Shown here piece after piece: positions 12,335 to 24,466 of a stretch of 64,000 nt of DNA. Made by a program: the position numbers and the translations under genes. The notes beneath the pieces were generated by a model that was given only the letters and a program-made list of their open reading frames with translations, was not told the origin of the DNA and did no database searches. This stretch comes from Azolla caroliniana (lineage: Eukaryota; Plantae; Polypodiophyta). The stretch's first letter is position 1. Every line of letters starts with the position of its first letter. The DNA is taken from contig JBHGNT010000003.1 in NCBI GenBank assembly GCA_043228905.1, positions 496,001-560,000 of the forward strand, read 5' to 3'.

Positions 12335-14600
12335 TTGGGGTGTACGAGCTCGTTATGGCTGGATTGATTGGAAAGGGTGGTCGAGGGAGAGGGCGAGGGG
12401 GGGAGTACACGCGTGTATCACATCGGTGAGCTAATTAATCGAGAGTGTAACCCAGGCCCAACCCAACCTCTTCGTGTGTGTGCGCGTGCGTGCGTGTGAT
12501 ATGTCTCGATTTCATGTTGTAGCTCTCAATCTTTGGGCGGACGGGCAGCCACTCCCAGTGTGAAACTGGCGTGGTTGGCGTGCCATACAAGCAAGGGTTT
12601 AGGTTTTGGCAAAAGCCAGACGCAGACGCAGACGGAAGACGACTGTGGAAGGAAAGGAAAAAGGAAAGGAAAGGAAAACAAAGCAGAAGAAAGGATCGGG
12701 GGAGGAGGAGTAGATCTGTATTTCGCGCCGGAGATCAGAGACAAAACGCCAGGTTCCTTCCTGTCCTCTCTCTCTCTCTCTCTCTCTCTCTCGACCACCA
12801 TTTGTCTCATGGGCCAATTTTGGCCTTAGAAGACGTTAATATATCTTTCTTTCTTTCTGTCCGTCTGACATTTGATTTTCCGTCTCAATGCATTGCCTCG
12901 TTTCCCATTTCTTCGTCGATGATATCTGCTGCCGTGTTGTGTCTTTTTGATTCTTCGCTAAGACACGGTCGAAAACTAAAGCATCACTATTATGTTCCCT
13001 ATATGTTCTATTCGTGATGTATCCAGCAGTGAACGCATGAACTCCGTGCTAGAATATCGTTTCAATAGCTACATATCTATCTATCTATCTATCTATCTAT
13101 GTGTGTGCATGTGCCAGGTCTGCTTACTAAATAGCTATTTCTTCTAAGTTTCCATATTTTCCTAGGCTTCTTCTGCGATCTCTAGTTGCTCTCTTTCTTC
13201 CGTGGAATTAAATATTCAAGTAGCGGCTTTCTCTTTCATTCATCCATTTATTCAAAATGTTTGGAAATTCTGTGTTAGAAATGGTATATTCTCATTTGAA
13301 CAGTTGCATACATGTATTTGCTCGGTGTCCTTGGTATATAGTGAAATCATCATCGTTTACCATTGTCCGGGCTATGGTTTCTTTGTTGAAATGCATGTGT
13401 TCTGCTTCCCAAGTCTTTGTTGATATCTTCATTAATGCAAACGTTAAAGTGTGAGTGGAAATTCTGATGGACTATTTCCAAGACATGGTAGTCAACTCTC
13501 GTTTCTATTTTGCTCAATTATCTCATCGCAATTCCACAGACATGATATCATCTGGTTCTACAAATATCTGTCTAAATTTTGGACAAGCGAAGTTGTTTGT
13601 AATAATGTCTATTAACCACTTGTTACTTCTGGCCTCCAAATTTTTTTTCTATTCCCGATCACTATTTCTGTTATCTATAGAAATTCGAATTCGCACTGTT
13701 TAGCCCGTTTCTGTGGTGTCCGATTTTCCATGTATCTCTTCATAACCGCATCAGTGTCTAAAGCCCACTGCCTGATAAAATAATATTGTGTGTGTGTGTG
13801 TCTCTGTAACCTGTTATGTGTCTATTCTGTTAACTCCTCGCATTTATCTTTTATCTATTGAAGCTAAAATAATTGATTTATATTTATCTGTGATAAAGTA
13901 GCGAAATTTATTTCGCAAGTGATGAAGCTTATTTCTGGATCTCGAGGGTGATAAACATAATGCTTTATATATATATATAATGCATTGCTGTTATTTCCAT
14001 GCTCATGTGAAATCTTCTCTTAAAAGCATAACCATTATCTGCGTTAGGATGATTGCAACATTACATATTGGCAATGTGTGTTGGAAATGAAGATTTTTTG
14101 CTTCAAGCAGTTTCGTTCTTCATTGTTCCTTGCTGATATATTCAGCAGTTTATTTGTAAGTTAATTTGTTGGAAATTATGGAAAGTTTTTCATTATCCTT
14201 GATTGTGTCAAACCTCTTATGTTCCATGTCTCCAATTCGGGCTGTTGTGAGAGATCTCTATCAAAATCATTACGCTGCAAATGATATTTTATTTTCTATT
14301 TTTCTATCTGTGATAGAATTAAGTCTCTCTGACTCAATGCTTCTATTGTCTATTTTGTTTGGTATAAATATCTATTCTTGCATATTGGTCTATATGCTCT
14401 ATTAAATTCATACCTTTTCTTAAAACTAATTTGTTTTTCATGTCTTTTTTGATCTTTTCACTTGTTTATAGTTTCAAGGATGCAGTTTATTGTTATCCAT
14501 GTGTTTGTTTATGTATATTTCAGTTCTGGATTTACAGTTTGGTTTATGGTCTGCAATTATGCCTACTAAATAATGGTTTGGTTCAGGGTGCTCATTGTCA

Positions 14601-15240
14601 TTTTTAATGTCCAATTATGCCCACTAAATAATGGACGCTTGTTTCTGAAACTAAGAATAAGTCTCACTTTTTCAAATATTTGGTACAGATCTTGTAATCT
14701 CCGTTGACCACTATGAATACTGCAAGAATTCTACAAACTGTTGCTAGGGCAACTGTTGCCTTTTTAATGTCCAATTATGCCTACTAAATGATGGACTCTT
14801 GTTTCTGAAACTAAGAATAAGTCTCACTTTTTCAAATATTTGGTACAGATCTTGTAATCTCCGTTGACCACTATGAATACTGCAAGAATTCTACAAACTG
14901 TTGCTAGGGCAGCTGTTGCCTTTTTAATGTCCAATTATGCCTACTAAATGATGGACTCTTGTTTCTGAAACTAAGAATAAGTCTCGCTTTTTCAAATATT
15001 TGGTACAGATCTTATAATCTCTGTCGACCACTATGAATACTGCAAGAATTCTACAAACTGTTGCTAGGGCAGCTGTTGCCTTTTTAATGTCCAATTATGC
15101 CTACTAAATGATGGACTCTTGTTTCTGATACTAAGAATAAGTCTCACTTTTTCAAATATTTGGTACAGATCTTGTAATCTCCGTTGACCACTATGAATAC
15201 TGCAAGAATTCTACAAACTGTTGCTAGGGCAGCTGTTGCC
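14601..15240 (+). repeat. Four tandem 160-bp copies covering the prohibitin intron end, acceptor, ATG and first 16 codons
   Basis: Units start at 14601, 14761, 14921 and 15081 and are near-identical. Each contains TTGGTACAG|ATCTT...ACCACTATGAATACTGCAAGA...GTTGCC. Confidence 0.95.
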
Positions 15241-16023
15241 TTGGGTCTAGGTGGATCATTTCTCAATGCCTCTCTATATACGGTAGACGGAGGTGAAAAA
15301 GCAGTGATTTTCGATCGATTCCGTGGTGTGTTAAACACAACTGTTGGAGAAGGAACACATATCTTGGTTCCATGGCTTCAGAGACCCATTATCTTTGACA
15401 TAAGAACTCATGCTCATTCTGTATCCTCTGTCACTGGAACAAAGGATTTGCAAATGGTTAACCTTACTCTACGCGTTCTCTATCGTCCCGATTCTGAACA
15501 ACTCCCGGACATCTTCAAGAAGCTTGGTGTTGAGTACTATGAGAAAATTCTTCCATCCATTGGCAATGAGGTCCTCAAATCAGTTGTCGCTCAGTTCAAT
15601 GCTGATCAACTCCTTACAGAAAGACCATATGTATCAGCATTAGTTCGTGAAAGTCTTCTTCGTCGCGCGAAGGAATTCGATATTCTTTTAGATGATGTTG
15701 CAATCACTCATTTATCATATGGTTCAGAGTTCTCTCGAGCTGTGGAGCAAAAGCAAGTGGCGCAACAAGAAGCTGAGAGGTCAAAGTTTGTGGTGGCGAA
15801 AGCGGAGCAAGAGATGAGGGCGGCTGTGATTAGGGCAGAAGGAGAGAGTGAATCGGCAAAGCTTATCTCTGACGCCACTGCAAAGGCAGGGCCTGGATTG
15901 ATTGAGTTGAGAAGAATTGAGGCTGCCAGAGAAATTGCAGGGACTCTCGCTAGAACCCCAAATGTCATGTATGTTCCCAGCGGTAATAACATGATGCTTG
16001 GCATGAATACCTTGTTCAAGTAG
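15193..16023 (+). CDS. PHB3: Prohibitin (type I, PHB3/PHB4-like), mitochondrial SPFH-domain protein
   Basis: Uninterrupted 276-aa ORF from ATG 15193 with [76 protein letters not shown]. The 5'UTR probably has a long intron ending at 15168, with exon 1 near 12.6-12.8 kb. Confidence 0.96.
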   Translation: MNTARILQTVARAAVALGLGGSFLNASLYTVDGGEKAVIFDRFRGVLNTTVGEGTHILVPWLQRPIIFDIRTHAHSVSSVTGTKDLQMVNLTLRVLYRPDSEQLPDIFKKLGVEYYEKILPSIGNEVLKSVVAQFNADQLLTERPYVSALVRESLLRRAKEFDILLDDVAITHLSYGSEFSRAVEQKQVAQQEAERSKFVVAKAEQEMRAAVIRAEGESESAKLISDATAKAGPGLIELRRIEAAREIAGTLARTPNVMYVPSGNNMMLGMNTLFK

Positions 16024-16808
16024 TTTTGAAGAATGACACTCGCCGCATTGTTTTATCTGGTTAGAATAGAAGACTGAAAAGCTTGTATAAGACAGGTAAT
16101 TAGGCATTTGACGCCCGTTACTTGTCACTCTGCCTTAACACAAGGTTTTTGTATGTGATCGAATTTTCTCTCATTTAAGGGATGCTCTCTGTTTTAGTTT
16201 TTGGATCCATGTAAATCAAAGGGATTATAAAGTTCGGTGATATTATAGAAACATAAAATATTAAGTTTTCCCAATTTATAATGAGATTGATTATGCTTTC
16301 AATAAGAACTAGGTAATGCTTTCAATAAGAACTAGATGGTGAGTTAACTCTGCTAAATTCATTCAAGTTTTGTTCCAGAACTTGTATAGAGCCAAACAGA
16401 TCAGAGAATTGGAAGGAAGGTAATCATAGATAAATGGAAATGTATAGAACGGAAAGTAAAATATCGTCTCTTTTATTGAGCATCTCCCATTGCATGAATG
16501 ATTTCGTTGGTATCTGTTTTAGTTACTTCAGTAAAGCGTAAATTCTGAGGTAAGTACTTAAAAGGTCTCTATGCATGGTAAGTGGTTACTAAAGTTGATT
16601 GAATCTTATCAAAAGGTAAGGGTATAAGGTTTAGGTTAGTACAAAAAAGAAGCTTAAAAAGATATAAGATATTAAATTTTTGTCTAGTAACAAAAAGAAG
16701 TTTTTTTTTGTTTTCATACAGTCTGTGAGCAACGATGGAATCTGCAAAACGGGCAGTCTGTAGAAGGTCCAAATTTGTGAGGATGTTGTAACCATACAGT
16801 TGATGGAA

Positions 16809-17033
16809 GGATTCAACTAACTCTAATGTCGAAATAGTGGTTTAAAATAATTTATATTCACAGATTTTTTTACCAACAGTCGAAATATGAAATAATATTT
16901 GCTAAGTAAAACCATCAAATTGGATTAAACTAACTCAATGTCGGAATAGTGGTTTAAAATAATTTATATGCACAGAGTTTTTTACCAACAGTCAAAAAAT
17001 GAAATAGTATTTGCTGAGTAAATCCATCAAATT
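16809..17033. repeat. Tandem duplication of ~113 bp
   Basis: GGATT(C/A)AACTAACTC...AATAGTGGTTTAAAATAATTTATAT...CCATCAAATT occurs twice in the PHB-LHCA4 intergenic region. Confidence 0.75.
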
Positions 17034-17811
17034 TAGGAAGAATTTTAATTGTGGACTAAACTAAATCCATTGGCTTTAAAATAGGAAATCTTGCTTCAGC
17101 AAGCGGTTCTAATTTTAAGTATTTGGTTGAAGTGAATAAAAGAGAATTTCTAAAGAAACAACTAAATGTTTTCTCTAGGTACTGAACGCAGGTCTACGGT
17201 AAGGGCCCAATCACATCGAATGGACTTATCTGAAATATATGAGGTTTGTACACAGCAAGCACAATAGAGAGGTGAGCGGTTAAATTGAGTGGCATGGTGT
17301 GACTCTCAATATGTGCCCGAGTTCAAACTTGATACTGAGCAAACCCCACTGTCCATGACTTTCATTCATAGCCAGAGTTGAAGTGATCTTTTGCAATGAA
17401 AAGTGCCATCAGGTAATAATTTAAACATCAAAAGTGCAATTTTGGTCGTTGTGCATAATTGCGTATGCCAATCCATCAGATAGAATCGCAGTAAACAATC
17501 TGTATTAGTGGAGTCATTTGAGTTGCGACAACAGCTTTGTGAATTTCATTCCACAATAACAGTAATTTCTCCCACCTTGCGACAAAGAAAACAATCTCTC
17601 TCATGTCATTTGAGAAGTAAGGGTAAACCATATGTTAGAAGGAAGGGTGCCTGATTTGACATTAAAACAGAAATGATATAATGAACAATATCCTGAAGAA
17701 AAGACCCAAAAACTTCCAACTGAAATGATACAATCTACAATCATATCCTGATCAGGATTAGGCATCAGGAGAGTACACCAAACAACGTACATACAATGTG
17801 GTCAAGGTCAT

Positions 17812-19798
17812 CTACAATCCTTGCAAGGTCTGGATGATAGTGTTATGCCATGGGTCAGCCAAATGCTGGAAGAGGTTGTCAAGGGGACCCTTCCCAGTAA
17901 CATTGTGCTGAACAATAAATCCCAAAAATGCAAGCATTGCAAGTCGGCCTGCATATAAACATGAGAACACATTCAAGTTAATAAATTATCAAGACAAAAC
18001 AATCTATGTAACCATCATTTATAGAAGAACATGTGAAAAAAGAATATACAATTCTTGCGAAAGAAAGCAATGTATACTAAAGACAACATAAAAAGACTAG
18101 AGAAACAAAACCAAGTTTATACATATCATACAAGTTCTTACAAGTTCTACCAATGTGGAAGTCATACATATCTCTTAACAAAATTTGCACCTTAGATGAA
18201 GTTTGAACTTTAATAAACACAAACATCTGTATTACCAGTTCACGATTCAGGTTGAAATGTGGAAACCCAGAAAGAAACATACATGAGTTATTTGATAGAA
18301 AGACAGAAAAGGTATACATGGTGGCTATGCTCATTTTATATTCAGACATAAACATAAGATATTGCATCATATAGTGTCAGAACAGAAGAACACACATGAG
18401 TACTTAGTCACAAAACACAGGCATCAAAGGTATGCTGATTAAAATTACCCTATATAAATACCACACAATTTAAGATTCTCACATCCTTGAAAACATGTGC
18501 ATACTTACTATTACAGATACCATACAAAGTGAGAACATAGTTACAAACTTACCATTAGCAAGCTCTTTCTCTTTGTTCTCGAGTGATGTGGGGTAGTTCA
18601 AAGGGTTAAAGATGCCACCAGGGTATCCAACCTCACCAGGGGGCAACTTTAAGCTGGGGTTGAAAGGATCCGCGTTCACACTCCCTGGGTACTTGATGTC
18701 TTGCCATCTTCTCACCTCAACATAGTGGAAAAGGATGAACTCGATCACGAAAAGGGTAGATGCAGGAGCGAAGTATTCAACCTTTCCAGCATCGTACCAT
18801 TCCGGGACGTTAATAATACCAATTTTGGTAAGGAATTCTGGGATGAGCATACCCGCAACACCGAGCATTGCCCACCTTCCATTCTGGAGCTCGGCTTGAA
18901 CATACCACTTGAGGTTCTCAGGATCCTCCCCCAACCCAAGGGGGTCAAAGCCGTTGTCACCGGCGAGGCTACAATAGGGGATATGCAAAATTACATTCAG
19001 AAAAATGCCAAGGATTTTGAATAAAAAGGAATGTACAATTAAAAATGGCGTTTCAAGTCTCAAACAGATCAATGGATGTGTACTCACTATTTGTGTATTG
19101 CGACTATATCCTAGTGGTAAGACATAACTTTCCGTAAGATGTACACATGGGTTCGAATAAAACCCAATCCCATAGATGAACATGAAAATTGTATATGTTG
19201 AACGCATGGCCTCCTGGTCTTTGCTTAACACTAGGTTATGCTGGTTTGGTCTCTCTGTACCAGATAGCTTAGGTTATACTTTGGACATGATTTTGGATAT
19301 CCCTATCTAAGGTAGCCAATGCTCTATCTTAGGCATGGATGTATTATTTGTGGAGGTTGGACATCTCTGACTATCTAGCATATCTAAGATTGTATGATGG
19401 ACATGTGGCTATCTTTTCCATAGTTAGGGTTCCTTCTTATAATTGAGTCGGTACATATCTCTCTCTCTCTCTACCAGAGAAAGCCATATGTACCTACATC
19501 GCTTACTCTCACATTCATGGATGCTATCCACACCGTGAAACAAAAGAAATGCGCATCTGTAAACAGCATTGAACGAGAGATATACCAACCTTCCATTGAG
19601 GTAAGCAGGTGAAGCGAGGCCAGGAAGCCATTCTCCTTTCTTTGCCTCAATCCTAAGAGATCGCGAAGAGGAAGAAGAAACCAAGGCGCCAGCGCCTCTA
19701 TAGCTGCGAGACAATCGCGAAGATCCACCTAAGAATGAGGATTTGCTGAGGGAGGAAGAAGGGCAGGAGACACCAAGGCTAGCCTGCATAGCTGCCAT
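17812..19798 (-). CDS. LHCA4: Photosystem I light-harvesting chlorophyll a/b-binding protein Lhca4
   Basis: Exons 19798-19590, 18968-18553 and 17948-17812, all GT-AG and phase-consistent. Protein: transit peptide, [17 protein letters not shown]|[45 protein letters not shown]|[22 protein letters not shown]...[11 protein letters not shown], which is the Lhca4 signature. Confidence 0.96.
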
Positions 19799-19929
19799 AT
19801 CTCACTCTTGTCTCTGTATCTGATCACTAAAACTAGGTTTCCACACTCCACACACACTCTCCCACTATGTATATCTATCTGTATGTGTGGAATGTATGTG
19901 TGTGTGTGTGTGTGTGTGTGTGACTGAGT

Positions 19930-19967
<38 letters not shown>

Positions 19968-20542
19968 AGAGGTATGAGCGAGACAGAGAGCGACTGTGTC
20001 TACTGCCAGGCAAGGTGAGAAAGTATTTTTCTTCGAAAGGCCATGATCATGATCATGATCATGATTATCACCATCATCCCCTCCCCACCAATCCCTGCCT
20101 TTCAAGCCCTATCCACACACACACACATGCCTCAATCCAAGCCCAGGCCCAGAAGGATAATGCTATCTATCTATTGCTTTCACTTTTGCAAATACATAAC
20201 AAGTAAAGAATAGAAAAACCCCTCATATATCTTATGAACTAAACACTCTAGTCTCTCACCTTACCTCCCGGAAAAAACAAACAAATTACACGCTATGCTT
20301 GCCTCTCTCTATTGTTCCCGCCTTCCTTCCTTCTCAATATTATCGGATTCCATCCTCCTCGCTTGTGCCATTTACATATTCTGGGCCTTCTTAATAATCC
20401 TCGTTGTGTTTCGTCTTCGATCTCCATTGTTGGGCAAACCCACGTTTTCTTTAACGTGCTCATATCGCAAGTTCAGGAATGCCGCATAGATCATATGTTG
20501 TGGACGTCCTCCTCTCCATCTCTCTCAATGAATTACATTGTC

Positions 20543-20596
<54 letters not shown>

Positions 20597-20684
20597 AAAA
20601 CACACAATTATATTCATAAATGTGTTTGAAAAATGCATATCACAATGGAGTATGGTCACCATTGCACGGGTAGTGGAACATGTT

Positions 20685-21079
20685 TGAAAACGTGAGTGTT
20701 TGCGGAAGCGTAAAACAGAGAACAACACAGAGAGAGAGAGAGAGAGAGAGCAGAACGTAATTTCAAAATTATTTTCGGACTCTGTATACACACTGTGCTA
20801 AGTAGCACTATTTATACAAGTCCTCTTGGGACTAACAGAAGTACCATGTACTTCAATGCTCACACGAGCATCTGACACTTACTACGAGACTATAGCTACC
20901 TAGTAGTCTATCCTATACTAGGCTTCCGATTGGACTTTCGGTTACGGATTGCACCCGGCCTCCACTGCTTGCCGGTTCGGTTGCTCACTGTCATACTGAT
21001 CCGTTTCGCCCGATCCGTCTCGCTTACTGGCTCCGGCTTATTCAGCCGATCCGGCTCCGGTTGAGCTTGCCGCTCAACA
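20685..21079 (-). repeat. Copia 3' LTR
   Basis: Direct repeat of 32881-33285; adjacent to the PPT. Confidence 0.95.
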
Positions 21080-21175
21080 CTCCCCCTCAAGCTCAACCTG
21101 AGGTGGGGTCGTAGTGTCGACCTCTGTGGCAGTCAGTTCTTCCAACCGACTTCTCCTGGCGTCACTCCGCCTTGC

Positions 21176-24100
21176 TCACGCTCCTCGTCCGGTCCGGTCT
21201 CGTTTGCCGCGACCCCTTTGGTTCTGCGCGCCTCGACCCTCTCGGTCGGCATGTCTGCTCAATAGGCCCATCTCAGCACTCACGTTGCTGTGACTCCGGC
21301 GCTTGCCGATCCGTCGGTTCTCCCACGATGGCATCGACTTCCGCTGTGTCTGTGTCCCCTTGGCCTTCAGTCGATTCGACTCATCCGGATCCATCTGTTG
21401 GTCCGAGTCAGCTGTCTCCGACTCGTTCCAGCTCTTGTCCGAATCGGTACACTCCGATTCGACTTCCGGCTTCAGGCCTCTCACCACATCGGACCACTTC
21501 CGAGTCTTGGCCTTCTCCATGCTTCCCTCGGCTTCTTCAGCCGGTGAATCGAAATCGAATTCTTCATTCGACTCCGCATCATGGTCAATACCGTCGTGAT
21601 GACCTCCGCACAACATGCACTTCTCTTCCTGAGTGCACAACTCTTCTTCACAGCTGCTTGCTCCGACCTGTTTAGATGTGTCGACTTCCTTCGTCGACTC
21701 GGCTTCCTTCATCTTCTTGTCTCCTCTTCTTCTGGCTCTCCTCTTACCGACGGGTTCAACAATTTTTTGGCCTTTGCCCGTTTCGGTAGAGACTTTGCCC
21801 TTGCTTCTCCCCCTCAAGTGCGGCACGTCGAGATGCTGAATACCAAGCATGTCGGTAAAGTGCTGCAACTTGTCCGATCCGAGCGGCTTGGTGAAGATGT
21901 CGACAACTTGCCGATCCGTATGAACATACCGTAGGTAAAATTCACCGCTCAGGACCCGCTCACGCACGAAGTGGTAGTGCACCTCGATGTGCTTTGTGTG
22001 AGCATGGAACACAGGGTTCCTGACGAGCTGCAGGTTGCTCATGTTATCGCAGTAAATCGAGATCGGGGTCGGTACCTCGATCCGCAAGTCTCGCAGCAGT
22101 CGCCGAAGCCAGATGGCTTCACAAGTGGCAACGGTAGCGGCCCGGTACTCAGCCTCAGTGCTTGACAAAGCCATTGTGGGCTGCTTCTTGCTGCTCCACG
22201 CAACGGCCGCGCTACCTATGGAGAACATGTATCCAGAAGTGGAGCGGCGATCAGACGCATCACCGGCCCAGTCAGCATCTGTGTAACCGACAAGCTCTTC
22301 GGGTATACCTCGCCGGTATAGGAGACCCCGGTCCTTAGTGCCGCTGACATACCGTAATATTCGTTGTGCGCACTGAAGGTGCTCCACGGTCGGCTTCTGC
22401 ATGAACTGACTTACCATGCCGACCGGATAACTGATGTCGGGTCGGGTGATGGTTAAGTAGATCAAGCTTCCGACAACCTGTCGGAACCGTTTCTCATTGC
22501 AGGCCGGTCCGGAGTTGGGACGGAGCTTCTGGTTCCGGTACAAGGGTGTGGAGACAGGTCGGTAATCCGTCATGCCGAACTTATACAACATATTCAACAC
22601 GTAATGTTGTTGCGAGAGCAATATGCCGTCGGGGGTCCGGATCACTTCGATCCCAAGAAAAAAATGAATGTCCCCCAGGTCCTTCATTTCGAATGCGTTC
22701 AACAACTGGGACTTGACGCGGTTGATTTCGGGAAGACCCGTTCTGGTGATGACTAAATCATCCACATACAAGAGTATACATACCGGACCGTCAGAGCCTT
22801 GCCGGATGAACAACGAAGAGTCCGACTTAGAGACAACAAACCCCAGCTTACGCAACCGGTGCGTGATCTTCGCGTTCCAAGCTCGGGGGGCTTGCTTCAA
22901 GCCGTAAAGCGACTTCTTCAGTCGGCATACCGCCGACTTGTTCATCTCTGATTGAAATCCGGGGGGCTGAGTCATAAAGACTTCTTCTTCAAGCTCGCCT
23001 TGAAGGAAGGCGTTCTTCACATCCATCTGGTGAAGATGCCACCCCCTTGCTGCAGCAATCGCCAGTACCACACGAACCGTCGTCATCTTTGCTACAGGAG
23101 CGAAGGTCTTGTCGTAGTCGATTCCGTGGGTCTGCGTGTATCCCTTCGCCACTAACCGGGCTTTGTATTGGTTAACAGAACCGTCGGCGTTGTACTTGAC
23201 CTTGTACACCCACTTGCATCCGATCGGTTTATAGTGACGGGGAGGATCAACTAGGTCCCAAGTTTCGTTGGCATCGAGTGCCCGCATATCTTCATCCATA
23301 GCGGCACGCCAATTTGCGTCCTTTGCCGCTTCTGCGTAGCTCTCCGGCTCACGCACTTCTGTCACTTTAGTCATGTACGCATAATGATGCGCCATGTATT
23401 CATTGTACCCGTACCGCATGACGGGATCCTTCTGGCGGGTTGATCGGCGCAACGCACCGTCACCTGATTTGAGGCCCTTCTTGGCCAATTCGGTCTTCGT
23501 TGCCAAAGATCCGCCTTTCTCCTTTCCGGAGTCGGATACACACCGATCCGACTCATCGTTGCCGGTTTCGAATTCCGGCATCTTCCTCTTCCCCTTCTCT
23601 TTGCGCGTGAACCGTTTCCTCGGTTCCTTGCGCGGGGAGAGCACGACAGAGTCTCCACCACTTGCCGTCTCTTCATCCGATTGGTCCAACCGACTCAATC
23701 GCTCGTTCGGTCCACTCAACCGTAACGATTCCGGACTCTCATCTTGAGTCCCGGCTTCATCATCCTCTGCCAGGGCTGATTCAGGCTCACTGGCCTGATC
23801 TTCCGAGATTGGGTCGGGATTGGAAGTCGGAGTCGGTACGGAGTACCAGGATGCCGATTCATCAAACTCGACATCCCGGCTAACTTGGACTTCCTTCGTC
23901 CGAGGGTTATAGCACTTATACCCCTTTTGCTCTTGAGCATAGCCGACTAGGATGCATTTTTCCGATTTTGCATCCAGCTTTCTCCGCTTCTAATCCGGCA
24001 CATGCACATACACTATGCTGCCGAATATCCGAAGGTGTCTTAAGTTCGGCTTGCGCCCGAAATACAGCTCATGAGCTGACACCTTGTCACCAATGCGGTT

Positions 24101-24466
24101 TTGTATGTAGACGGCCGTCTGGACCGCCTCTGCCTAGTAGAACCGGGGCATGCTCTTCTCCTCCAGCATTGCCCTTGCCGCTTCGACGAGTGTCCGGTTC
24201 TTCCTTTCGGTCACACCATTTTGCTCCGGTGTGTATCTCCAGCTGAACTCTCGCCAAATTCCCTTCTGCTGCAGATAACTAGTGAATTGGCCGGAAAAAA
24301 AAATTCCTTTCCGCCATCCGACCGAAGGCATTTGATCTTCCTCTCCGATTCCCGTTCCACCATCTTTTGGAGGCTCCGGAAACAGTCGAAGACTTCGCTC
24401 TTCCGCTCAATGAGGTAGATCCAAGCATGTCAAGTATAGTCGTCGATGAAGGAGACGAAGTACCGG
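21176..24466 (-). pseudogene. Copia pol: disrupted integrase, then an intact RT-RNase H ORF with a long C-terminal extension
   Basis: Integrase RYFVSFIDDYT*...PEQNGVTERKNR has stops and frameshifts (23720-24466). ORF 21176-23719 has KARLVAKGY, HQMDVKNAFL, SLYGLKQAPRAW, LYVDD, YTDADWAG, SSTEAEY and HIEVHYHFVRE. Confidence 0.92.

Noticed and set aside
12526-13017. Overlapping ORFs of 72-148 aa upstream of prohibitin
   Set aside because: Low-complexity GA/CT-rich 5'UTR and intron-start sequence; no recognisable domain.
14601-15240. CRISPR-like array (also considered for 36.4-37.7 kb and 40.4-40.8 kb)
   Set aside because: Whole units are repeated with no unique spacers, there are no cas genes, and the context is eukaryotic.
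17268-17355. tRNA/SINE-like segment (GGTGAGCGGTTAA...GAGTTCAAAC)
   Set aside because: Only weak box matches; no cloverleaf, tail or TSD. At most a decayed SINE.
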